From: Betaproteobacteria bacterium
GTDB taxonomy: Bacteria > Pseudomonadota > Gammaproteobacteria > Burkholderiales > SG8-39
Direction: 5' to 3'
DNA length: 64,000 nucleotides
Assembly (NCBI GenBank): GCA_947482825.1
Contig: CANKMT010000015.1
Coordinates: forward strand, 122-64,121
The stretch's first letter is position 1. The number at the start of each line of letters is the position of its first letter. Shown one piece after another: positions 18,569 to 27,722 of the stretch. Both the position numbers and the translations under genes were made by a program. The notes beneath the pieces were generated by a model that ran no database searches, was not told the origin of the DNA, and saw nothing but the letters and a program-made list of their open reading frames with translations.

Positions 18569-19885
18569 ATGAACAAGTTCGACATCGGCGTGTGGATGTT
18601 CTTCGGCACGCTCGTGATCATCGGGCTGCGCGTGCCGGTGGGGGCCGCGATGCTGCTGGCCGGGGGGCTGGGCTACGCGGCGATCAATGGCTGGTCCCCG
18701 CTCCTCGCGACGCTCAAGACGATGACCTACAGCAAATTCTCCGGATACACGCTGTCGGTCATTCCGTTGTTCCTGCTGATGGGCGAGTTCGCCGGCAAGG
18801 GCGGGCTGTCGGCCGCGCTGTATCGCGCCGGGCGCGCCTGGTTCGGGCATTGGCGGGGCGGTCTGGCGGTGGCCACGATTGGCGGATGCGCGGCTTTCGG
18901 CGCAATTTGCGGCTCGTCCCTGGCCACGGCCGCGACGATGTCGCAGGTCGCGATGCCGGAAATGAAGAAGCTCGGCTACTCGGATGCGCTGACCACCGGC
19001 GTGCTCGCCGCGGGCGGCACGCTCGGGATTCTGATCCCGCCTTCGATCATCCTGGTGATCTACGCCGTCTACGTCGAGCAGTCCATCGGTGCGCTGTTCA
19101 TCGCGGCGGTGATCCCGGGCCTGATCGCCACGGTGCAATACATGATCGTCGTGAATCTGTATGTGCGTTGGTTCCCGGGCGCCGCACCGCAGTTGCCAAA
19201 ATCGTCGTGGTCCGAGCGCTGGCGCGCGACTGCCGGCGTGTGGCCCGCCGGACTGACTTTTCTTCTCGTCGTGGTGGGGATCTATCGCGGCTGGTTTTCC
19301 CCCACGGAAGCCGCCGCGATCGGCGCGGCCATCGTTGCGCTGCTTGCGATCTTCTATGGCGGCATGCGCTGGAAGGGGTTCTACGAGTCCCTGCTGTCGA
19401 CGGCCGAGACGACCGCGCTCATGTTCATCATCCTGCTCGGCGCAGAGTTGTTTTCGGCGGCGCTCGCCTTGTCGCAAATGCCCACTGAATTGTCCAGGGA
19501 GGTGGTCGCGATGAACGCCTCGCCGTGGATCGTCATGGTCGTGATCGTGATCATCTACCTCATCCTCGGTTGCTTCATGGAATCGATGGCGATGGTGCTG
19601 CTTACGCTGCCGGTGTTCGTGCCGGTGCTGTTGGGCCTCGATTTCGGCATGAGCCAGAACGCTTTGCTGGTCTGGTTCGGGATCCTGGTGCTGATCAGCG
19701 TCGAGGTCGGCATGATCAGTCCCCCCTTCGGGTTGAATCTCTTCCTCATTAACGGGATGGCGAAGGACGTGCCGATGGCCCAAACCTACAAGGGGGTGCT
19801 CGGGTTCTGCTTGATGGACGTGATCCGGCTGGGGTTGCTGATCGCGTTCCCGGCGATCGTGCTGTGGCTGCCCGGAATCAAATAG
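18569..19885 (+). CDS. dctM: TRAP transporter large permease
   Basis: IPLFLLMG, GTLGILIPPS, SPTEAA, ISPPFGLNLF. Confidence 0.92.
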   Translation: MNKFDIGVWMFFGTLVIIGLRVPVGAAMLLAGGLGYAAINGWSPLLATLKTMTYSKFSGYTLSVIPLFLLMGEFAGKGGLSAALYRAGRAWFGHWRGGLAVATIGGCAAFGAICGSSLATAATMSQVAMPEMKKLGYSDALTTGVLAAGGTLGILIPPSIILVIYAVYVEQSIGALFIAAVIPGLIATVQYMIVVNLYVRWFPGAAPQLPKSSWSERWRATAGVWPAGLTFLLVVVGIYRGWFSPTEAAAIGAAIVALLAIFYGGMRWKGFYESLLSTAETTALMFIILLGAELFSAALALSQMPTELSREVVAMNASPWIVMVVIVIIYLILGCFMESMAMVLLTLPVFVPVLLGLDFGMSQNALLVWFGILVLISVEVGMISPPFGLNLFLINGMAKDVPMAQTYKGVLGFCLMDVIRLGLLIAFPAIVLWLPGIK

Positions 19886-19998
19886 GGCTGAGGGTGACCA
19901 TGAAGCGGCCCGACGCGCGAGCGGCTTGGCGAGTGAATTTCTGCCATCTTGGCGCTGACGTTGAGACTTTCGCGGACCTGGACAGTATCGAGCGCTCC

Positions 19999-20361
19999 TC
20001 AATGAATCGGCTTGAGAAAATCCGCCATACCGCAGCAGGCGAGAAAAACTCTTTCGACCTGCGCCAATTCCTTCTGTGTCAACAGGGCGAGCGGGCCGTC
20101 TCCAAGGCGATTGCGATCCAGCGCGCGCGCCTGTTCCGGCATGGCGTAACACGCCTTGAGCAGGCGTCCGCGAGGCGCAATCTCGATCCGCAAGCCGGCC
20201 AGGTTCTTAAACAGTTTGCTGGTCAGAGGAATGCACAGCACCGGACTCATGCCGGCGGACAGCAACGCATTGTCGAGCATGATCAGTACCGGGCGCACTT
20301 TGCCGGCTTCTGCTCCGCTGTTCGGGTTGAGCCTCGCCAGCCAGATCTCTCCGCGCTGCAT
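19999..20361 (-). CDS. PemK/MazF-family toxin
   Basis: MQRGEIWLARLNP..GAEAGKVRPVLI, PLTS, EQARALDRNRL; TAATG coupling to the antitoxin. Confidence 0.9.
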   Translation of the reverse strand: MQRGEIWLARLNPNSGAEAGKVRPVLIMLDNALLSAGMSPVLCIPLTSKLFKNLAGLRIEIAPRGRLLKACYAMPEQARALDRNRLGDGPLALLTQKELAQVERVFLACCGMADFLKPIH

Positions 20362-20666
20362 TACTTCCACCACTTCCGGGGCTCGGGATCGGCGGGTTTG
20401 CGGCCCTCCGAGATGTCGAGCGCTTCACTATCCGAAACCGCAAACTCTTCGGCGATTGAAATGCTTTCGGCGCGCGCAATGGCGTCAGTGGCCAAAAAAC
20501 GAGCCGCCTCCACGATCCCTGCCAGCAACTTTTCGCGTTCCATTTCGCTCAGGAATTTTTCCAGTGCCGTCCGCGCCAATTCGGAGCGGCTGATTTCCTT
20601 GAGTTTCGCAAACTCACTCAGGCGGGCATCCAGTTTTTCCGGCAAACGCAAATTCAAAGTCCCCAT
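20361..20666 (-). CDS. CopG/RHH antitoxin
   Basis: TLNLRLPEKL...SRSELARTAL; acidic C-terminus; upstream of the toxin. Confidence 0.85.
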   Translation of the reverse strand: MGTLNLRLPEKLDARLSEFAKLKEISRSELARTALEKFLSEMEREKLLAGIVEAARFLATDAIARAESISIAEEFAVSDSEALDISEGRKPADPEPRKWWK

Positions 20667-20698
20667 GGTGACTTCCTCGCAAGCAATTTCCGTCTACG

Positions 20699-20725
20699 AA
20701 TTGTAATACAAATGTGAGTACAATT
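20699..20725. promoter_or_regulatory. Inverted-repeat operator of the TA module
   Basis: AATTGTA...TACAATT with nested TTGTAATACAA in an AT-rich patch upstream of the antitoxin. Confidence 0.55.
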
Positions 20726-20818
20726 TAAATTGCGGTGATAGCCTACACTTTGTTTCGCCGCGTGAGCCCGTCGCATCGGCGCGTTACCACGGCATTTCCT
20801 CGGCCACTATTGAAAGCC

Positions 20819-21826
20819 ATGAATAGACTCAGAGAACTGTTCGCCCTTCTTGCCTTCGCGGCGCTCGCAGGATGTGCGTCCGACATGGCTGGTTCGAAGC
20901 CGTCGGGTGCGTCCACCGGCCTGTATACATTCGGCCTGTTCGGCGATCTCGCCTACCGCGCCGAGCAGGAACCTCTCCTGAAAAACGTGCTCGACGATCT
21001 CAACTCGGCACCGCTTGACTTCGTCGTGCATGTGGGTGATTTGGGCGCCCCGCGATACGGCTCCTGCTCGAACGCCCTGTGGGCCAAACGCAAGGCGCAG
21101 TTCGACGCCTCGGCCCACCCGCTGATCTATACGCCCGGCGACAACGACTGGACCGACTGCCATGGTGCGCAAGGCGTGCCGGGCGGCGATCCGCTGGAGC
21201 GGTTGGCGAGCCTGCGCTCGCTGTTTTTTCCCGGAGAGCGGTCGCTGGGGCGACGCACCATCGAGCTTTTCAGGCAAAGCCGCTCCGCGGATCTGACGCT
21301 GGCGAAGTACCGCGAGAACGTCCGGTGGAGCGGCGGCGGCGTCACCTTCATCACGCTGCACGTCGTCGGTAGCAACAACGGCCTTGGGTTCTCGCCAGCC
21401 AGTGATGCGGAGCACGCCGAGCGCGACCGCGCCAACCAGCAGTGGCTGCGCGAAGGATTCGTTACCGCACGCGCCAACGGGAGCCGTGCACTAATGATCC
21501 TTCAGCAGGCGAACATCTTCGCGGACGTGACCCCGTTCCCCGGCAAACTGGCCACCGGATCGGACGCGCTGCGCGCCCTGCTCGAGACGGAGACGATCGC
21601 CTTCGGCAAGCCAGTCGCGCTCGTTCACGGTGATAGCCACTTCTTCCGCATCGACAAGCCGCTCGGACGCAAGCCGGGTGTCCCGGCGATCGAAAACTTC
21701 ACCCGCGTCGAGACTTTCGGCCAGCCGAATCACCACTGGCTGCAGGTGTTCGTCGATCCTGCGGACCCGAATGTCTTTTCATTCCGGCAGCGGATCGTCG
21801 CGGCCAATGTCCTGAAGCGCCCGTAG
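20819..21826 (+). CDS. Calcineurin-like metallophosphoesterase lipoprotein
   Basis: Lipobox LAGC; FGD, HVGD, PGDND, HGDSH motifs. Confidence 0.8.
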   Translation: MNRLRELFALLAFAALAGCASDMAGSKPSGASTGLYTFGLFGDLAYRAEQEPLLKNVLDDLNSAPLDFVVHVGDLGAPRYGSCSNALWAKRKAQFDASAHPLIYTPGDNDWTDCHGAQGVPGGDPLERLASLRSLFFPGERSLGRRTIELFRQSRSADLTLAKYRENVRWSGGGVTFITLHVVGSNNGLGFSPASDAEHAERDRANQQWLREGFVTARANGSRALMILQQANIFADVTPFPGKLATGSDALRALLETETIAFGKPVALVHGDSHFFRIDKPLGRKPGVPAIENFTRVETFGQPNHHWLQVFVDPADPNVFSFRQRIVAANVLKRP

Positions 21827-21845
21827 GCGAGTCGGACACGTCCTG

Positions 21846-23075
21846 TCAGCTCGTGCCTCTGGATACGCCGGGGCGCAACCGAACCCGATGCGCACTGGGA
21901 ACCCCCAGTTGCGGATGCAGTTGCCCGGCGAGGGCCCAAGCTGCGAGCAAGGCGAGTCCGAAACAGGCGAAGACGCCGGCCACCGGGCCGAAATACAGGG
22001 CCACCCAGGCAAGCGCCGGACTCAGGATGCCCGACACATCGCGAAAGCTGGAATAGACCGCCGACATCTCGGTGCGCTGCGAAGGCTTGACCGACATCAT
22101 GAAGGGCAGGCCGCCACAGATGTCGAGCAGGACCAGGAAGTACGAGCCCAGGATGAGCAACGCTACCGTCACCCAGGGCAGGGGGGAGAACAGGGCGGCC
22201 AGGATGAAACAGCACGCCGACATCAGGAATCCCGTGCGCACCGCATCGCGCACGGAGCGCCGCTGCATCCAGCGCAGCATCAGCGGCGCAAGGAACAGCC
22301 CCATGTTGGCAAGCGACATGGCGATTCCCCCGACCTGGTCGCCGAGCCCGTTTTGCACTGCGAAGATTCCGACATAGACGATGTACACCCACCAGCCGCA
22401 GGACCGGATCACCGTAAAGACCCATCCGGCGACCAGCCTGGGCTGGGAAAAAAAGCGGATCAGATAGGCAAAAGGCCTGGAGGGCGTTTTGCCGGCAGGC
22501 ATGATCGCCCGGCCTTCGCCAATGTGCGTGCGCCAGAACACGCCAAGCAACACGCACGCCGCCGCGCCGATGACCACGAACGGTGCTTCGGGCCAAACAC
22601 CCAACAGCCATACGCCCGACACCGGGCCGAGCGACCAGCCGAGGCCGGCGTACATCAGGCGCAGGGTCTCCAGGCGGCCGAACTCCGTCCTGGCAACATG
22701 GTCGAGAACATAAGTGTTGAAACAGACAAAGACCGTGGCCGTTCCCAAGGTGTGGCACAGCAACGCGGCCGTCACGGCTTTGCCACCGAGCATTCCAAAA
22801 CCTGCGGAAACCACGTAGAGCGTGACGCCGAAGATGTAGATCCAGCGGCGCGGGATGCGGCGTGCAAGCAGGGGAAGCGACAGCGTCGTCAGCAACGAGA
22901 ACACGCCCACCACGAAATAGAGTTGCGCCACGGTCGCCGCGTCGCCCCACACGCGGTACATCACGAGGGGGTAGACCGCCAGCGCGGTGCCCCGCACGAC
23001 GGCCTCGATTCCCGAGAGCAGCGCAAATGTATGGACGCCGGGCGTGACCCGGTGGTGCGGGGGTTTCGAAATCAT
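21846..23075 (-). CDS. MFS transporter
   Basis: About 12 hydrophobic segments over about 409 aa. Confidence 0.8.
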   Translation of the reverse strand: MISKPPHHRVTPGVHTFALLSGIEAVVRGTALAVYPLVMYRVWGDAATVAQLYFVVGVFSLLTTLSLPLLARRIPRRWIYIFGVTLYVVSAGFGMLGGKAVTAALLCHTLGTATVFVCFNTYVLDHVARTEFGRLETLRLMYAGLGWSLGPVSGVWLLGVWPEAPFVVIGAAACVLLGVFWRTHIGEGRAIMPAGKTPSRPFAYLIRFFSQPRLVAGWVFTVIRSCGWWVYIVYVGIFAVQNGLGDQVGGIAMSLANMGLFLAPLMLRWMQRRSVRDAVRTGFLMSACCFILAALFSPLPWVTVALLILGSYFLVLLDICGGLPFMMSVKPSQRTEMSAVYSSFRDVSGILSPALAWVALYFGPVAGVFACFGLALLAAWALAGQLHPQLGVPSAHRVRLRPGVSRGTS

Positions 23076-23181
23076 CGCTGTGAGTATCACACTATTCAAA
23101 AGCCGCCGGCGCGGCCTGCGTGTGGCCTCCATGCGTCGCGCCGCCGGGATAAACTGGCTGATCCCAATCGCCGAGACCGCC

Positions 23182-24681
23182 ATGGCAGACACAAACGACC
23201 AATCATCGCCGGTAGATCTTTAGCGCCGTGCAATCGTCCTTGGCGCGGCCTCCGCCGTGCTCGCGCCGCGCGAAGTCCTCGCCCAGGCGCAGGCCCTCGG
23301 AAGAACCGGCGACACCGCGGCCGTAGCGGGCGTGCTGCGCGCGGATGCCGCGACGTACTTCGCCGCCGAGGAGCCGTTTTTCCGCCAGTTGGCCCAGGAG
23401 TTCACGCTCGACCCGAAAGTGGTTTACTTCATGGCGGCCCAGAAAGGCTCGGTGCCCAAGTCGATCCTCGCGCGCTACAAGGAAGGCCTCGACCAGGGCG
23501 CGCGCGATCCGTTCCCGGTCTACGTGGAGCCTTCCGCAAAGACCCGCGCCACCATCGCGCGTTGCTACGGCACCACGCCCGACCAGATCGCAATCACGCG
23601 CAACACCACCGACGCGCTGTCGCTCGCCTTCAACGGCATCGAGTGGAAGGCCGGCGACGAACTGCTGATGACGCCGCTCGAGCATGCGGCCGGCATTACG
23701 CTCGCCTTGCGCACGGCGGCGCGTTTCGGCGTGGTGATCCGCCAATGGGGCGTGCCCACCCATGCGCGGACCACCGTCGATGAGGTGCTCGCGGCTTTGG
23801 AGCGTCGCATCGTGCCCGGCAAGACCAAGGTGATCTTCTTTTCCTCTCCGCTGTGGCCCATCGGCCAGCGCATGCCCGAGCGGCGCATCGCCGAACTCGC
23901 GCAAAAGGCGGGCGCGATCACCATCGTCGATGGCGCGCACTACAACGGCCTATTCGATCCCAGGCTGGACGAGAGCGGAATCGATTTCTTCGCGCTTTGC
24001 GGCCACAAGTGGCAGAACGGCCCTGGCGGCACCGGGGCGCTCTACATCCGCAACAGGAAACTTCCGGCGAACCCCACCGACCTCCCGCGTTTCCACATCA
24101 CGCGCTCCCAATCGCGCGTCGTCCCGTTCGACGGCTCGCGCGGCGACTGGGACATCGGCCAGGCGTTGTCGCTGTACGGTTTTCCCGAGTCGGCCGACTG
24201 GCGCGCGCTGGGCGATGCCTGCGAGATGTGGGACAAGATCGGCCGGCAGCGCATCGAGGCCTGGCACCTGCGCCTGGGCGACTACTTCCGCGACCGGCTC
24301 GTCGCCGCGTTCGGTGAAGCGGCCGTGCTCGGCGCCCAGCACGACCAGGCGCTCAAGTCGGGCATCATCGCGTTCAATCCGTTTGCGACCAGGGAGCAAC
24401 GCTGGAACGAGAAGCTCAACGTCGACTTTCGCGCTCGGATGTTGCGCGAGTACGGGTTTCGCATCTCAGGATTGGGCGTCGGCGACAACGGATTGACGCG
24501 CAAGCCCGATCCCGAGGCCGCAGCATTCCCTGCCGGGACAATCCCCAACCGCCATCCTGAGACGCTCGCGCCCGCACCGATGGACCATCCGCAGCGCGTC
24601 AACGCCTGCGTTTGGAACAACCGCGAACAGGTGGACCGGTTTGTTGCCGCTGCGCAGGACCTGGGCAAGAAGATGGGCTAG
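23182..24681 (+). pseudogene. Class V aminotransferase / cysteine desulfurase-like PLP enzyme; Tat signal interrupted by an in-frame TAG at 23221
   Basis: NTTDAL, DGAH, GHKW; MADTNDQSSPVDL*RRAIVLGAASAVLA is in frame with ORF 23257-24681. Confidence 0.7.
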
Positions 24682-24739
24682 CGCCGATGGGATTTGGTTT
24701 CCCGTCTCCCGACCGGCTTCCGCGATTGCCTTTGATCTG

Positions 24740-24771
24740 ATCGCCCGCTGCCTCGCGTCCGGCAGGCCCCG
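24740..24771 (+). repeat. Partial copy of hairpin repeat A
   Basis: atcgcccgctgcctcgcgtccggcaggccccg matches the first half of the copies at 26727 and 27637. Confidence 0.6.
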
Positions 24772-24853
24772 AATGTCAGGAAGTTCCCCGGAGAGTCAAT
24801 AGTGGCGCGGTGTCTTGCGAAGAAATGTCAGTAGCGTAGGTTCGCCGAGCGGT

Positions 24854-24905
24854 TGTTCGGTCGCATGGTCGGTGCGAAAGAGAAGCGACTGGGGCACCGT
24901 GATCG
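24854..24905 (-). pseudogene. Possible remnant C-terminus of an ABC substrate-binding protein
   Basis: - strand reads ITVPQSLLFRTDHATEQ, like the family tail ITIPQSLLLRADEVIE. Confidence 0.35.
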
Positions 24906-25026
24906 AAGCTGACCGACTCGCGGCGCGAACGTTGTCTGCGGAATGGCCAACAGCGTTTATCTGCCCGACGTTCGAAAGAGGCGGGTCCTACGTTTCCTAT
25001 CGCTTCGCGAGGCAGGTTGGTGCAGC

Positions 25027-25428
25027 TCAAGTTCGTTTCGTGAGCAAGTGGCTGGCAGCGTTGAAGCCCACTCCCAGGCTCGTCGCCAATGCTTCGAGGT
25101 TCTTGTCTATCGTCCAGAGCAGCGTGTCCGGAGTGAGCAGAACCGAGGCGAGCAGCGCCATATCTATGGCGCCGCAGCCCGAGTCATGGAATTGCTCCCT
25201 CTCGATCAGGGCAAGTGTCTCGTCGGTCGTCGCGACGACGGTCTGCCGCAGTTTCTTGAGATCGCCGAGCGTGCGCTCGCGCGGTGCTGGTGGCTTTCCG
25301 CAGGTGAGTTCGATCACGATAAGCGGGTGGCACAACACCTGATCCATTACAACCAGCGATTGAAGCACTGGATTGGCACTGCGGAAATGTGCAACCCAGA
25401 CCGAGGTATCCGCAAGTACCTGGCTCAC
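25027..25428 (-). CDS. vapC: VapC PIN-domain toxin
   Basis: VLADTSVWV, IELTCG, GAIDMALLAS, LWTIDKNL. Confidence 0.88.
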   Translation of the reverse strand: MSQVLADTSVWVAHFRSANPVLQSLVVMDQVLCHPLIVIELTCGKPPAPRERTLGDLKKLRQTVVATTDETLALIEREQFHDSGCGAIDMALLASVLLTPDTLLWTIDKNLEALATSLGVGFNAASHLLTKRT

Positions 25429-25439
25429 CGGGTCAGAAC

Positions 25440-25634
25440 TTACGCGGGCCGCCTACGGGGAATGGCCTTCATCTTGGGGGCCTTTCCGCCCAAGGCGGCA
25501 AGCCGTTTGCCCGCCTGCACTCGTACGAACACCTTCATCGCTTCGCGAAATAGATCGCCCTTGTCCATGCCAGGATCGGCGACATCCAGTGCTCTTTGAT
25601 AGAGGTCATCATCAATGCTTACAGTTGTTCTCAC
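25440..25634 (-). CDS. vapB: VapB antitoxin
   Basis: MRTTVSIDDDL...LFREAM...RLAALGG..P. Confidence 0.85.
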   Translation of the reverse strand: MRTTVSIDDDLYQRALDVADPGMDKGDLFREAMKVFVRVQAGKRLAALGGKAPKMKAIPRRRPA

Positions 25635-25723
25635 GTGAAGTCTCGCTGTCATCAAATATAATGCATATTAGCATCAAAAAAGATGACCATGATGGGTGTC
25701 TTTCCGCATGCTCGAGGCGCCGG

Positions 25724-25834
25724 GGCTGGGCGCGGCCGCGGCTGCTCAAGCGGGTGTTCGACATCGGTCTCGAACACTGCCCGCAGCGTGGAGGCGAGTT
25801 CAAGATCATTGCCGCCATCGAGGAGCCTGCGGTG
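25724..25834 (+). mobile_element. Degenerate C-terminal fragment of an IS91/ISCR-type rolling-circle transposase
   Basis: GWARPRLLKRVFDIGLEHCPQRGGEFKIIAAIEEPAV versus the family motif WARLLKRVFDID.E.CP.CGG.LKIIAAIE.P.V; second Cys lost. Confidence 0.7.
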
Positions 25835-25906
25835 CGATCTCGGTTCTGGAAGCCGACGAAAAGCGCAAGGAGATCCTCAAGGACCGCTGATTTTGCGCCG
25901 GGGCAT

Positions 25907-25939
25907 TGGCAGCATTTCGCCCGGAGAGCCATTATCCAC
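25907..25939 (+). repeat. Partial copy of repeat B
   Basis: tggcagcatttcgcccggagagccattatccac matches the left half of 50059-50127. Confidence 0.55.
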
Positions 25940-25976
25940 CAGGGGGGCGGGCGAACTCGAATTCCACGCAGCCGGA

Positions 25977-26363
25977 TCAAACCTTGCGCACGCCCTCGCC
26001 GTACCTGGCCACCGCTTTATCGACAGTCAGCAACACAATCCCTTCGACACGCGCCTGCGCCACAAGAATCCGATCGAACGGATCCTTGTGCAGCGGCGGT
26101 AAATCGTTTACCGCGATGGCGTGTTCGCTGTTGACGGGCAATTCCGTATAGCCGTTTATCAACAGCATGCGCCACAAGCGGCGTGGATCTACATTGAAGT
26201 CGGCGCGCCCGAGCGCGCGCTTGATGGATATTTCCCACAGGCTGGCAGCACTGAAGACAAGCCGGCTGTCAGTCGCCACGAGCAGTTTCCGGGCCTTGGC
26301 TGAAAGCCGCTCCGGCGCGCCGGCCGCCCAAAGCAGCAAATGCGTGTCGAGCAGAAAATTCAA
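25977..26363 (-). CDS. vapC: VapC PIN-domain toxin
   Basis: LLDTHLLLW, SAASLWEISIK, HKDPFDRILVAQA. Confidence 0.92.
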   Translation of the reverse strand: MNFLLDTHLLLWAAGAPERLSAKARKLLVATDSRLVFSAASLWEISIKRALGRADFNVDPRRLWRMLLINGYTELPVNSEHAIAVNDLPPLHKDPFDRILVAQARVEGIVLLTVDKAVARYGEGVRKV

Positions 26364-26608
26364 GCGCCGCGCCCCGCAAACATGCCTTCGATCTCCTCGG
26401 CGCCCATCTGGTCGAAGTCTTTCGGTATTTTCATTTCGCCCGCCATGAAGCCCAGTCGGCCGGCCGTGCCCTTTTCCACGCCTCCCAACGGCACCACTTT
26501 GACCATGGGCTTCCCGGCTTTGGCAATAATGAAAGACTCCCCTGCCGCGGCCCGATCGACCAGTTTGGACAGTTGTGTCTTTGCCTGGTGGATGTTTACG
26601 GTGATCAT
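26360..26608 (-). CDS. Phd/YefM-family antitoxin
   Basis: VNIHQAKTQLSKLVDRAAAGE..IIAKAGKP. Confidence 0.92.
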   Translation of the reverse strand: MITVNIHQAKTQLSKLVDRAAAGESFIIAKAGKPMVKVVPLGGVEKGTAGRLGFMAGEMKIPKDFDQMGAEEIEGMFAGRGA

Positions 26609-26726
26609 AGTGACTCCGATGAACTAATGTTGGTTAGTCTAGTGGAAAGCCAGGAATGTTGCCAGAGGCGGGAACCGGCCAATCCGGCTATCCGGCTGTT
26701 GCCAAGGAGGTCTTGCCGCTGACGAT

Positions 26727-26791
26727 ATCGCCTGCCGTTTCGCATCCGGCAGGCCCGGGAGTGCCGCGCTCTCCCGGATTGCTTGCCCGCC
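26727..26791 (+). repeat. Hairpin repeat A, full copy 1
   Basis: 57/65 identical to 27637-27701 (counted by eye); stems gcctgccg/cggcaggc and ccgggag/ctcccgg. Confidence 0.8.
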
Positions 26792-26840
26792 TCGGGCATA
26801 ATAGCCACTTATGTGTCTATGTGTCTGAAAGGATCCGATC

Positions 26841-27146
26841 ATGGAAAACCCCGTACGCTGGTCGCTGAAGGTCTCGAAGGAAACGGACGACGCCTTGCGC
26901 GCTCACCTCGGCCGCTCCGGCGGCCGCAAAGGCGACCTTTCGAGATTCGTGCAGGAAGCGGTCAAGGCGCGGCTGTTGGAGGAGCAGGGCGAAACCGGGA
27001 AGTCTGCCAAGGTCGTGAAAGCCGGCACCCGGGAAGGACTCGCCGAGGCGCTGGGGGAGATCCGGGCGCGGACGCAGACGCTGTCGAAGGCGCGTTTCGA
27101 AAAGCTGGTAGGCGAGGCCGTGGCTTACGCACGCAAGCGGCGCTGA
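26841..27146 (+). CDS. Ribbon-helix-helix antitoxin
   Basis: VRWSLKVSKETDDALRAHL...KGDLSRFVQEAV; upstream tandem TATGTGTC x2 at 26810-26825. Confidence 0.8.
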   Translation: MENPVRWSLKVSKETDDALRAHLGRSGGRKGDLSRFVQEAVKARLLEEQGETGKSAKVVKAGTREGLAEALGEIRARTQTLSKARFEKLVGEAVAYARKRR

Positions 27147-27149
27147 GCG

Positions 27150-27578
27150 GTGCTCGTCATTGTCGACACCAACGTCCTGTTGAGCGGGTTGCAGGCGGGT
27201 AGCGGACCGCCCGCCAAGATCCTCGACGCCTGGCGCGAGGGACGCTTTCAACTGGTGACGAGCGTTGAACAGATCGAGGAGTTCAGGCGCGCGGCGCGCT
27301 ACCCCAGGCTGCGCCCCTACCTGCCGCGCGGCGCGGTCGGCCGGGTGGTCAACGAATTGCGCAAGGCCGAGGTGCTGCTCGAGCGCCTGCGGCGCGCGGG
27401 CGATGCGCCGGACCCGGGCGACGACTACCTGCTGGCTATGGCGATTGCGGCCGGCGCGGATTATCTTGTCACCGGCGACAAGCCGCTGCTGACTGTACAA
27501 AAAACGGGCCATACAAAGCTCGTTTCTGCGCGTCGTTTTGCGGCTCTGTTGATCGGCCGGACGCCGAAAGACGGATAG
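27150..27578 (+). CDS. Putative PIN-family toxin
   Basis: VIVDTNVLLSGL, DPGDDYLLAMA, DYLVTGDKPLL. Confidence 0.88.
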   Translation: MLVIVDTNVLLSGLQAGSGPPAKILDAWREGRFQLVTSVEQIEEFRRAARYPRLRPYLPRGAVGRVVNELRKAEVLLERLRRAGDAPDPGDDYLLAMAIAAGADYLVTGDKPLLTVQKTGHTKLVSARRFAALLIGRTPKDG

Positions 27579-27636
27579 GAGAATGAATCCCACCTTTCGC
27601 GCGTCGGGCCGATGACTGCTGTTTGCCTTCGCCGTG

Positions 27637-27701
27637 ATCGCCTGCCGTTTCGCATCCGCCAGGCCCCGGAGCGCCGTGCTCTGCTAGATTACTTGCCCGC
27701 C
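27637..27701 (+). repeat. Hairpin repeat A, full copy 2
   Basis: Direct repeat of 26727-26791. Confidence 0.8.
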
Positions 27702-27722
27702 CGATGCACCCGGAGTCCACGC

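Noticed and set aside
16070-20152. 1360-aa ORF on the - strand
   Set aside because: It is the antisense shadow of the SDR/dctPQM genes in high-GC DNA; Arg/His/Gly-rich with no recognisable motif.
23221-23223. Pyrrolysine or programmed amber readthrough
   Set aside because: The TAG lies in a signal peptide, not an active site; no pyl genes are seen; TAG is used as a normal stop elsewhere in the window (e.g. 15090, 18019).
24700-27720. TA cluster considered as an integron cassette array
   Set aside because: No convincing RYYYAAC...GTTRRRY attC boundaries, mixed gene orientations and no intI gene.
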